64,000 nt of DNA from an uncultured delta proteobacterium (GTDB lineage Bacteria; Desulfobacterota; BSN033; UBA1163). The stretch is from NCBI GenBank assembly GCA_963708295.1, contig CAVPSJ010000004.1, forward strand, positions 1,056,001-1,120,000. The letters run 5' to 3'. Positions 27,619 to 35,730 of the stretch are shown piece by piece. How positions within the stretch are numbered: the first letter of the stretch is position 1; every line of letters begins with the position of its first letter. Position numbers and translations under genes: made by a program. The notes under the pieces were generated by a model. That model was not told the origin of the DNA and made no database searches. It worked only from the letters and a program-made list of their open reading frames with translations.

Positions 27619-27735
27619 ACCCCGTTAGAAATAATGCCCAGATGCCCTGCGGCGAGGTTACCTTTTAAATCATTGCGGCGGGGTTTAATGCCCAGCTCGG
27701 TTTCGAGTCGTAACGACTGGAATTTCTAACAGGGT
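27619..27735. mobile_element. MITE-like element with 14-bp terminal inverted repeats
   Basis: accccgttagaaat ... atttctaacagggt (1 mismatch); 117 bp, non-coding. Confidence 0.65.
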
Positions 27736-28254
27736 TTACTTTTTCTTTCTTTTAGCAGAGGTTGTTTGATCAAATTCTTTCCAGAACTTTTCTTCAGATT
27801 TTTTCCAGGACCTCCCCCACCGGGAATCAAAATACCCTTCTAATTTCTTCATCAGGCGACCCCACCCGGGCAGATAATCATATTTCAAAACATCTTCCAG
27901 GAAGGGAACCACTTCTCCTAGCTTCTCCTTCGGAAGATAGGCCCGAGCCTTCATCTCAATGGAACGTTTCAGCGACTGCGGATAAAGCGCATGAGCCGTA
28001 AGCATGGTTACGGTGAGATTTCGCTTTGTCGATAAATTAAGAAGTTCAAAACCCCGGATTCCCATGATATCCAAAATCACGATGTCATAGGTTCGAGACG
28101 CTAATCTTTGGGTGGCTTCGTGAAAGGTCGTGGCTTTTTCTAATTTGCATTTCGGCGCGGCATCCAGGATCTCTTCCTCCAGAACCGCCAAGACATCCGG
28201 TTCATCATCCACTGCCAAAATTCTCTTACCGTTCAAAATAGATTCAGCCATCAC
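27736..28254 (-). CDS. Stand-alone response regulator receiver with Trp-rich tail (copy 1)
   Basis: AVDDE, ILDIMG, LTAH, YLPK. Confidence 0.9.
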   Translation of the reverse strand: MMAESILNGKRILAVDDEPDVLAVLEEEILDAAPKCKLEKATTFHEATQRLASRTYDIVILDIMGIRGFELLNLSTKRNLTVTMLTAHALYPQSLKRSIEMKARAYLPKEKLGEVVPFLEDVLKYDYLPGWGRLMKKLEGYFDSRWGRSWKKSEEKFWKEFDQTTSAKRKKK

Positions 28255-28308
28255 CCTTTCACCGTCTTCGTCCCCGGAGTTCCCAGAAAAATTGACCGTC
28301 TTGGTGAA

Positions 28309-29658
28309 TTAATCCCGAGGGTGCCTCCACTTCGTCCACTCCTGCCAATTGAGACCTGTCTTCTTCTCCCAATCCGACTCGAAATTACTGTCAAAAAAAA
28401 CCTTCAACTTCTCATAAAGATGCTTCCACCCGGGAACATAGTCATCCGCCAACACATCTTCCAGGAATGGAACGATCTCTCCCAGTTTCTCTTTGGGAAG
28501 ATAGGCCCGGGCTCCCAACTCTACCGACTTCTTCAGAGCTTCTGGCGAAAGGGCATGGGCTGTCAACATGGCAACTCGAAGATTCTTCGTCACCGCTAAA
28601 TCCAACAGGTCAAAGCCGCGAACCCCCATAATGTCCAGGATGACGACGTCATAGTCCGTTGATTCTAACATTCTTACCGCTGTCTCATAGGTGGTGGCCT
28701 TATCCAGTTTGCAGTGGGGACAGGTTGCTGATATCTCCTCTTCGAGAATCTTCAAGACATCCGGCTCATCATCGACTGCCAAAATTCTCTTTCCATCCAG
28801 AATTGATTCCGTCAGGATGCCTCTCCCGGCGTCTTTAGGGGACCGAACCGGAGGAATGCGAACCATAAATCGTGTTCCCACTCCCTCTTGACTCTCCAAT
28901 GTAATTTCTCCTCCCATGGTTTCCACTAAGGCCTTAACCCCCGTGAGGCCTAATCCGAGTCCTGGTAGGTAGCCACGTTTTTCGTTATCCAGCCGGACAA
29001 ATCGCCCAAAAATGACCCCTTGATCCTCCAAGGGGATTCCGATCCCGTCATCCTCCACTGAGACGAGCAAGTCCGCCTCCCCGCTGATCTTCACCTCCAT
29101 GCGCTGTCGGCGGTATTTCATGGCATTGCTCATCAGGTTGCGTAGGATTTGTTGAATCTTCTGTTGATCATGGCAGAAAGGAGACTTGCCATACTTGCCG
29201 GTGATTTCAATAAAGATCCCGTGTTCCTTCAAATCGTTCTGGAACGTTTCCTGATTCTCGGCTTGACTGAGCCCTTCGACGGCATTTGGAATGGCCATCT
29301 CGAGAACATCCAAGAGGGATTCCGCCACCGTTTTTTCAATCAAAAAAAACTCCCTCTCGAATAAACCTTCCTCGGAGCGGAGGATTTCGATCATCTCTTG
29401 GGTTAGATTCTTGGCCCTATAGATGTTCCTCGAAACACGATCTAAAAGGCGCTTCTGCTGATCCGTCAGAGGACCATATCGGTCCACCTTATGGAGAAGG
29501 CTATCCGTGCTGGTGGAAACAATAGACAGAGGTCCTGTGAGGTCATGAATGAACAGGTCGAACAATCGCCATTTTACATCCACAAACTTATCTTCTTGGT
29601 TTTTCTCTGGATTGGTCTTTATTGTATTATTTTTTTCAGGATGTTTTCGCCCAATCAT
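28309..29658 (-). CDS. Cytoplasmic hybrid histidine kinase (HisKA-HATPase-REC) with no sensor domain
   Basis: HDLTGPL H-box at ~aa 38; NLMSNAMKY, DDGIGIP, GLGLGL; C-terminal receiver paralogous to the three downstream genes. Confidence 0.9.
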   Translation of the reverse strand: MIGRKHPEKNNTIKTNPEKNQEDKFVDVKWRLFDLFIHDLTGPLSIVSTSTDSLLHKVDRYGPLTDQQKRLLDRVSRNIYRAKNLTQEMIEILRSEEGLFEREFFLIEKTVAESLLDVLEMAIPNAVEGLSQAENQETFQNDLKEHGIFIEITGKYGKSPFCHDQQKIQQILRNLMSNAMKYRRQRMEVKISGEADLLVSVEDDGIGIPLEDQGVIFGRFVRLDNEKRGYLPGLGLGLTGVKALVETMGGEITLESQEGVGTRFMVRIPPVRSPKDAGRGILTESILDGKRILAVDDEPDVLKILEEEISATCPHCKLDKATTYETAVRMLESTDYDVVILDIMGVRGFDLLDLAVTKNLRVAMLTAHALSPEALKKSVELGARAYLPKEKLGEIVPFLEDVLADDYVPGWKHLYEKLKVFFDSNFESDWEKKTGLNWQEWTKWRHPRD

Positions 29659-29937
29659 TTGTTTTCCAACTCAAGAGCCGCCGAAAGGGGCGGGTTCAAT
29701 GAGTCACTGGGCCGTCGGGGGGGAACTTCTACAACGATTCTTACTCACTATGTATAGGTCAACCCTATTTTTCTGTCAAGCAAAAAATGGGGGTCCTGGC
29801 GTCTTCAAAGTATTCAAAATATCTCCCATCGCACAGGACTGAAACCTGAGACGGTTTAAATTCTTGTTGATTATTCAATCCGTTATGATATATTTGCAGG
29901 TGATTTAAAGGATTTAGAGAGGTCTGGAGAATTCCAG

Positions 29938-32900
29938 ATGAACCACTCTGTTAATATTTCCAAAATCACACCTCCGTATTTACCAAACATTTTATATCGA
30001 CCCCGTCTGATCAGTCTGATCGAAGGAAACAAAGACAAGAAGTTAATTCTCATCCTGGGCCAGGCGGCCCAGGGAAAGACGACTTTAGCTGCCTCCTATG
30101 GCAAGACATCGGATATGCCATTCGCATGGGTGAGCTTAGACAAAGACGAATCCGATCCCGCGAGTCTTTTTCAATTAACGGTTCAGTCCCTCCAGCAGGC
30201 CCTGGGGGACATCGATTTTTCGCACCTTCTTTCTCCTCATCCCCCGCAAATCACGGGACCGGGGGAAGAGATTCCTCTTTACCGGGAATGGGTGCAATCC
30301 CTTTTCAAAGAGGTCTCGATTCCGGTTCAGATTGTCATGGACGGTCTGGACCGGCTTTCCACGACGGCTCCTGGATTTAAGTTCCTTCAAGTTTTGGTTG
30401 AAGATTCGCCAGCGAATGTTCACCTGATATTGCTATCCAGAGAAATACCTCCTCCTTTTCTCGAATTTCAACAGCTCAAGATGAGACAGCAAGCGCTGGT
30501 CTTAACCAATGAGGATCTTGCCTTCACCCAGGATGAGATCGAGGGATTCTTCCAAAAAGTTCGTGGGATATCTTTCGACGCTGGTCAATTGAGAAAGATT
30601 CACTCGGCCACTCACGGATGGATCGGGGCGCTGATCTTGTTCGCGGAGTTCCTGCGCCGATTTCAAGGGTCGACCATGGAAAAGTTTATTTCAGAAGATT
30701 TTCCCGGCCATTTTAAGAAAGAAATCTTTCAGTATTTTGGCAAGGAGATCTTTTCCTCCTTGTCGGAGGAAGTTCAGGGATTTCTCATCAGATCCTCTCT
30801 CATCGATCTGATCGAACCCGCTTTCATGAGGGATTTTCTTGGGACGGAAATAGCCGAGGAAATTCTTCGGGAGCATGTGAGAAAAAACCTTTTTGTCCAT
30901 TCGTTTTATGATGAGAAAAGGGGGTGGCTCTTTCAATACCATCACCTCTTCCGAGATTTCCTAAAGGCTAAATTTGTGACGTCGGTGAAGCATAAGGAAC
31001 AGAAGTCTTTGCTCCTCAAAGCAGGGAGTCTTTATGAGCAAAGAGGGGAACTGGAAAATTCAGCGAAATATTTTCTTGAGGCAAACGCCTATCCACAGGC
31101 GGCCCCTGTGATTGCGCGTTTGGGTGTGGATTTGTTGCAGAAAGGAAGAATAGATGATTTGACGAAGTGGCTTCACGCCCTCCCTGACGGTACGATTCAA
31201 GGCAGTCCTTGGCTCTTTTTCTATCTGGCAATGAGCAAACGGTTTCAGGGGGGGAGAGAGAATCTGATCCCCCTTCAGAAGGCCTACACCCAGTTCAAAC
31301 AAAATGGGGATATGAGAGGCACCCTCATCTCTCTTGCACAACTCATCGAGAGCTCCATTCAAACAGGCATCCATCTGACGCCTGTAGAGGGTTTGATCGA
31401 GGAGGGAGAGGCAGCCCTTCAACAGTCGGAGTCGAATGAGTACCCGTACGAGAGGGCCGTCCTCTGGAATTTCGTTGGACTGGGTCGCCTCCTGGGGGAG
31501 GGCGATATTCGCAAAGGGATCTGGGCCTGCCAGAATGGTTACTCGATCGCTAAGGAGTTAAGGAATGCCAGCCTCCAGGCATATGCCTTGTGTTTTTCTA
31601 CCCTTGGTTTTGTTTTGCTTGGCGAATTTTCTCTTGTGGACGAAGGGCTTAAGAAGACTGAAAAAGTCACTGAGAAGTGTGTCCATCCAGAATTCAGGGC
31701 GATAGAACTGATGGTTCGCTGTCTCCTGACAAACCACCGGGGCGAATTTAGTAAGGGAGAGATTCTGGTCGAAAGACTTCAGGAGGAGGTCGATAAACAC
31801 GGGTTCCTTTTTATGGTGCCATGGATATATGAAATTTCAGCATACATCAGAGCGTTTCAAGGAAAATTTTCAGAGGCAGAGAAGATCGGAAAACAATATC
31901 TTAGCGCAGCGATCTCCTTAAAAAATGGCCTCCTTAAGGGATCGGCCTTGAGGTTGTTAGGGCTCATTTATCTCCACGAGAATGATTTTGGGAAAGCCAG
32001 GGAAGCCATCCATCAATCCATGGATACCTTTTCAAGTGAAGCTCCGTCGAAGTACCACCTCAACCGAAACAGGATACAAATGGGTTTGGTTTGTACTCAC
32101 CTCAAGGAGTTCAGAAGGGCCGAGGAGGAGCTCAGTGAAGCCTTACAATATTTCTCATCGATCTCAAGTTACATTTCTTTGGCAGAGATCCATTTCGCGA
32201 TCGCTTTCCTTCAGCAGGATCAAGGCATGAGTGATGATGCGATCTCGCACCTGCAAACTGGGTTTAAAATTGCAAGAGAGAGAAAATATGAATATTTCTA
32301 TACTCTTGGGGCGAACTATCTTGTCAAGGCATGCATATTGGTCTTGAAGCTGGAGGTTTCAGAAGCCCTCGATTATGCAGCGCATCTCCTTTCGACGCGC
32401 CTCTCTTCGCTGGCAGAGGAAGATCTCAAGAAGCTAGCGGATCATCCGGATTGCAAAGTGAGGGAGAAGGCATGGGAGATCCGCAGGAAGATTTATCGTT
32501 CGAAGGCTCTTCCTCTTCGAATTGAGACCCTCGGAGCTTTCCGGATATTTCGCGGAAATTCCCTGATGGAGGAAGACGAGTGGGACCGGAGCCAACCTAA
32601 AAAATTGTTGAAAACCATCCTCTCATACGGAGGCGAGAGGATTCCAAAGGAGATTATCATTGACGAACTCTGGCCGGAGGAAAGTCCGAGGGTAGCAGAA
32701 AGGAACTTTAAAACGACTCTTCAACGTTTGCGAAAGTCTCTCGAACCTTTCATTGATAAGGACTTCGGCTCCTCCTACATTCACCTCCACGACAACATTG
32801 TCTCTCTCAACTCCGAACTCTGCCACGTGGATGCCAATCGGTTCTCATCGCTCCTTAGAATGGCCGAGGAGAAGCAAAAAAGAGGAGATGGTAAGGAGGC

Positions 32901-33339
32901 GTTTCCTCTCTACGCGGAAGCCCTGGAGATTTACAAAGGAGATTTCCTTCCAGAGGAAATTTATGCACCCTGGCCGGACAAGAAAAGAGAGGAACTAAAG
33001 GCAAAGTATATGGAATTGCTGAACAAGACGGCAAAGCTCCATGAGAAACAGGGTTCATTGAAAAAGGCAATGGATTGTTATAAGAAGGTTATTCAAGTAG
33101 ACCCTCTCATCGAGGAGTCGTATCAGAAACTGATGACCTTCTATTCGAACAAAGGCATGTACAATGAAGCTTTGAGGATCTATGAAGACTGCAAGAAGGC
33201 CCTCAAGAAAGAGCTTAAAACCGAGCCCGATCTGACGACCACTGCGATTTACAGAAAGGTCCTCGAGAAAGTCAAGGCCCCTCGAACTCCTCCCAAAAAG
33301 GCTCTCGGAGGTAGGAAGGAACTTGGAAGTAAGAGATGA
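29938..33339 (+). CDS. MalT-like STAND NTPase-TPR regulator with C-terminal wHTH-BTAD (SARP-like) module
   Basis: RPRL, GQAAQGKTT P-loop, WVSLD, THGW, QYHHLFRDFL; helical repeats; LRIETLG, LWPE, RLRKSLEP, YKGDFL, DPLIEESYQKLM. Confidence 0.88.
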   Translation: MNHSVNISKITPPYLPNILYRPRLISLIEGNKDKKLILILGQAAQGKTTLAASYGKTSDMPFAWVSLDKDESDPASLFQLTVQSLQQALGDIDFSHLLSPHPPQITGPGEEIPLYREWVQSLFKEVSIPVQIVMDGLDRLSTTAPGFKFLQVLVEDSPANVHLILLSREIPPPFLEFQQLKMRQQALVLTNEDLAFTQDEIEGFFQKVRGISFDAGQLRKIHSATHGWIGALILFAEFLRRFQGSTMEKFISEDFPGHFKKEIFQYFGKEIFSSLSEEVQGFLIRSSLIDLIEPAFMRDFLGTEIAEEILREHVRKNLFVHSFYDEKRGWLFQYHHLFRDFLKAKFVTSVKHKEQKSLLLKAGSLYEQRGELENSAKYFLEANAYPQAAPVIARLGVDLLQKGRIDDLTKWLHALPDGTIQGSPWLFFYLAMSKRFQGGRENLIPLQKAYTQFKQNGDMRGTLISLAQLIESSIQTGIHLTPVEGLIEEGEAALQQSESNEYPYERAVLWNFVGLGRLLGEGDIRKGIWACQNGYSIAKELRNASLQAYALCFSTLGFVLLGEFSLVDEGLKKTEKVTEKCVHPEFRAIELMVRCLLTNHRGEFSKGEILVERLQEEVDKHGFLFMVPWIYEISAYIRAFQGKFSEAEKIGKQYLSAAISLKNGLLKGSALRLLGLIYLHENDFGKAREAIHQSMDTFSSEAPSKYHLNRNRIQMGLVCTHLKEFRRAEEELSEALQYFSSISSYISLAEIHFAIAFLQQDQGMSDDAISHLQTGFKIARERKYEYFYTLGANYLVKACILVLKLEVSEALDYAAHLLSTRLSSLAEEDLKKLADHPDCKVREKAWEIRRKIYRSKALPLRIETLGAFRIFRGNSLMEEDEWDRSQPKKLLKTILSYGGERIPKEIIIDELWPEESPRVAERNFKTTLQRLRKSLEPFIDKDFGSSYIHLHDNIVSLNSELCHVDANRFSSLLRMAEEKQKRGDGKEAFPLYAEALEIYKGDFLPEEIYAPWPDKKREELKAKYMELLNKTAKLHEKQGSLKKAMDCYKKVIQVDPLIEESYQKLMTFYSNKGMYNEALRIYEDCKKALKKELKTEPDLTTTAIYRKVLEKVKAPRTPPKKALGGRKELGSKR

Positions 33340-33374
33340 AGAGATAGTATCCAAGATTTAAAATCAGGATAGAT

Positions 33375-33403
33375 TTGACAAACTGAAGGAAAAATTCTAA
33401 AAT
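33375..33403 (+). promoter_or_regulatory. sigma70 promoter of the AbrB-PIN operon
   Basis: TTGACA-N17-TAAAAT. Confidence 0.7.
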
Positions 33404-33432
33404 TTCAGAAAAAAGAACATTTGGAGGATAAA

Positions 33433-33687
33433 ATGCCAATTGCAATCATAACGTCAAAAGGTCAGATGACCATTCCTAAGGAAGTGAGAAAGATTTTAAA
33501 CCTGAAACCCTCTGAGAAGGTTGTTATCGTTGTGGAAGGCGATCAGGCTATTATCAAACCGCTGAGAGGTAGCATTCTCGACATCGGTGGTTCGATAGGA
33601 ATTCCGGATAAAGAAAAACCCATCGATTTTCGAAAGGTGAGGGGTGAGGTCAGAAAGCGAGCGACCAGGAAAATAGGAAAAGGGTGA
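33433..33687 (+). CDS. AbrB/MazE-family antitoxin
   Basis: ITSKGQMTIPKEVRKILNL; GGAGG RBS before ATG 33433. Confidence 0.9.
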   Translation: MPIAIITSKGQMTIPKEVRKILNLKPSEKVVIVVEGDQAIIKPLRGSILDIGGSIGIPDKEKPIDFRKVRGEVRKRATRKIGKG

Positions 33688-33694
33688 TGATCCC

Positions 33695-34102
33695 ATGGAA
33701 AGAGAATTTGTGGATACAAACGTATTTTTGAGGTATTTAACCGGAGATGATCCTTCGAAATATGAGGATTGTAAAGCACTCTTCAAAAAAGCGATCGAAG
33801 GTAAAATAGCCCTTGCAACCTCCGGACTCGTCGTCGCTGAGCTGATATGGACCCTTTTATCGTATTATAAAATACCAAAAGCGGAGGTTGTCGAAAAGAT
33901 TTCCATTATTGTAGGGACCGATAAACTGTATATCCCCGACAAAGAAATGATTGCAGATGCTCTCGTCCTTTACGCCAGGAAGAACATTGATTATATAGAC
34001 GCTTTCAACGCGGTCCTGATGAGATATAACGGTTTGAATGAGATTTATTCCTACGATGAAGATTTTGACACGATTGAAGGAATAAAGAGGAAAGAGCCGT
34101 AG
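33695..34102 (+). CDS. vapC: PIN-domain toxin (VapC family)
   Basis: FVDTNVF, AELIW, DYIDA, SYDEDFD. Confidence 0.88.
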   Translation: MEREFVDTNVFLRYLTGDDPSKYEDCKALFKKAIEGKIALATSGLVVAELIWTLLSYYKIPKAEVVEKISIIVGTDKLYIPDKEMIADALVLYARKNIDYIDAFNAVLMRYNGLNEIYSYDEDFDTIEGIKRKEP

Positions 34103-34201
34103 TTAGGACTTCGCCTTTAAGCGATGAATTCATATATTGGCGAGAGAGAGCCCAAATATAAGACCCCAGAAACGAATTGTTTCGGCCCGCCTCATCCGCG
34201 T

Positions 34202-34597
34202 CTAAGCTAGCTTTTTATATCTCTTCGTTGTGACCCGATCAAACAAATCCAGCACGGGTCTGAAATCGAGATACCGATTTATAACTCGGTTTTCATAATC
34301 GGCAGTAAATTTAGGGTCGTCTTTAAAAATGATCTTTCCGTCCTTGATGGCAAAATACTAGAGAGAAAGAGAAGCTTTGTGCAAAAACACAATATCCACC
34401 CTCGAAGGAGGATAAATTGCTGAAAATAACTCATACAGGACTTTATATGAAGATCTGGTATCCTCGATAGGTTCTCTTAATACCACTCCGATGTCAACAT
34501 CACTGGTGTGCGACTCCCTCCCAGTTGCTCTTGAACCAAAAAGGTACACGACGGAAACCCCTATTTTCTTAAGTTCTGCCTTGAATTCCTTTTTCAT
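34202..34597 (-). pseudogene. Minimal nucleotidyltransferase (MNT/MntA-like) with an internal TAG at 34358-34360
   Basis: YLFGSRATG...SDVDIGV...VDIV; the frame continues past TAG as YFAIKDGKIIF...YLDFRP...KKLA*. Confidence 0.8.
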
Positions 34598-34860
34598 ATG
34601 GCACCTTCATCTCGAACCCTGCAAACCATTAACATTTTGAGTAATTATACATCCTTTGTTGAACAATTCAAATAAAATTCTCCTCATAGTCGCACTCCCT
34701 CCGAATCATGAGAGCCACATTCTATAGAAGCAGCACAGGGGTGTTATTCCCAAGGAACCCCTCATCCTTACCCTTGGGGGGAGGTGTGAGAAAATCGTAC
34801 TGTATTCGTCTCCCTGGTGAAAACCGAGGCCCAGAATACCTTTAACCCACTGCAAACAAA

Positions 34861-34907
34861 GGATTTCGGCTGGAATTCACCCCGTTATAGAACTGGGCCG
34901 GAATGAC
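34861..34907. repeat. REP-like element (ggattYcggc...gccggaatgac family)
   Basis: Terminal palindrome; a related degenerate copy ends gccggaatga at ~13740. Confidence 0.5.
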
Positions 34908-35091
34908 GTAAAACAGCACCAAACCATTTTTTCTACAGCTGCGGAGGGTTGGATGAGGGGGGTAAAAAGATTTGTCGCGTTTGCATTGATTTCAAAAAAA
35001 TCTGAATTCTCTCTGGTCAGTTATCGCCCGCCAAGAATCTACGTTTCCTATTAAGAGCTTAGAATCCTGTTGCCGATTTTTTTCACTTGAG

Positions 35092-35112
35092 TTTGGTTAC
35101 CTTTTGGTTACC
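35092..35112 (+). promoter_or_regulatory. Perfect 10-bp direct repeat with 11-bp period; candidate SARP/BTAD activator site
   Basis: TTTGGTTACC-T-TTTGGTTACC followed by tgtgatatac (-10-like); an inverted copy GGTAACCAA at ~35167. Confidence 0.6.
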
Positions 35113-35218
35113 TACCTGTGATATACGTGAAGTCGATTCTTACAACTCACTTAATGATTGATAACTGGTAACCAACCACCGAATTAACTGGGGGGACCAA
35201 TGGGGGTGGGACTTCCAC

Positions 35219-35256
35219 AAGCCTGGCATTCAAAATGTCAATGCCAGGCTTTTTTT
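35219..35256 (+). terminator. Intrinsic terminator in the leader of the adhesin locus
   Basis: AAGCCTGGCATT-N9-AATGCCAGGCTT followed by a T run. Confidence 0.8.
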
Positions 35257-35320
35257 ACTTTATTTTTTTTCTTTATCTTTGGCAATTCTAAAAAGAAGAG
35301 GATACTGGGTAGAGAATTTT

Positions 35321-35356
35321 TCCAACACTCCAGTACTCCATTATTCCAATACTCCA
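35321..35356. repeat. Octamer tandem repeat (tccaNtaY-like); a related tract lies at 26947-26976
   Basis: tccaacac tccagtac tccattat tccaatac tcca. Confidence 0.65.
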
Positions 35357-35372
35357 TTAGAGGCGAGGCCAC

Positions 35373-35582
35373 ATGGATAGCTACTTAGTTCGCATCTACC
35401 GCAAAGCGGATGATAATCCACGTGTGCTTGTCGGAGTGGTTGAAGAGGTTGGAGTGATGGAGAAAAAGGCGTTCCACAACCTCTACGAACTGTGGGACAT
35501 CTTGAATCCAGCAAGAAAAGAGCGGATGGTCTCGAAGAGAAGTAGCAACTCAAAACGCAACCGAAATACGAAGCAGAGTTAA
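35373..35582 (+). CDS. Small conserved-looking hypothetical protein of a type seen next to BTAD regulators
   Basis: GAGG RBS; SYLVRIYR...LVGVVEEV...KAF..L.EL..IL pattern. Confidence 0.72.
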   Translation: MDSYLVRIYRKADDNPRVLVGVVEEVGVMEKKAFHNLYELWDILNPARKERMVSKRSSNSKRNRNTKQS

Positions 35583-35601
35583 GGTTATGAACAAATAATT
35601 C

Positions 35602-35639
35602 TCCCTCTCCCTTGATGGGAGAGGGTGGGGGTGAGGGTG
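35602..35639. repeat. REP-like palindrome, followed by a heptamer repeat at 35672-35698
   Basis: tccctctcccttgatgggagagggtgggggtgagggtg; cgctatg cgccatg ctctatg cgctat. Confidence 0.65.
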
Positions 35640-35730
35640 AAAGAAACACTGACACAGACATTTATTTTAAACGCTATGCGCCATGCTCTATGCGCTATAC
35701 GTCTTTTCCGAGAGACGGGAGGATTCCAAA

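Noticed and set aside
29665-29735. GC-rich leader upstream of the hybrid kinase as a riboswitch
   Set aside because: Only a short hairpin; no aptamer consensus that I can recognise.
2536-33339. MBL + trypsin-like protease + STAND as an Avs1-type defence system
   Set aside because: The genes are 11-15 kb apart, not operonic, and the STAND protein has a transcription-regulator (BTAD) architecture.
34358-34360. Pyrrolysine readthrough in the MNT gene
   Set aside because: Non-catalytic position, no pyl genes in the window, and a one-step nonsense mutation explains it.
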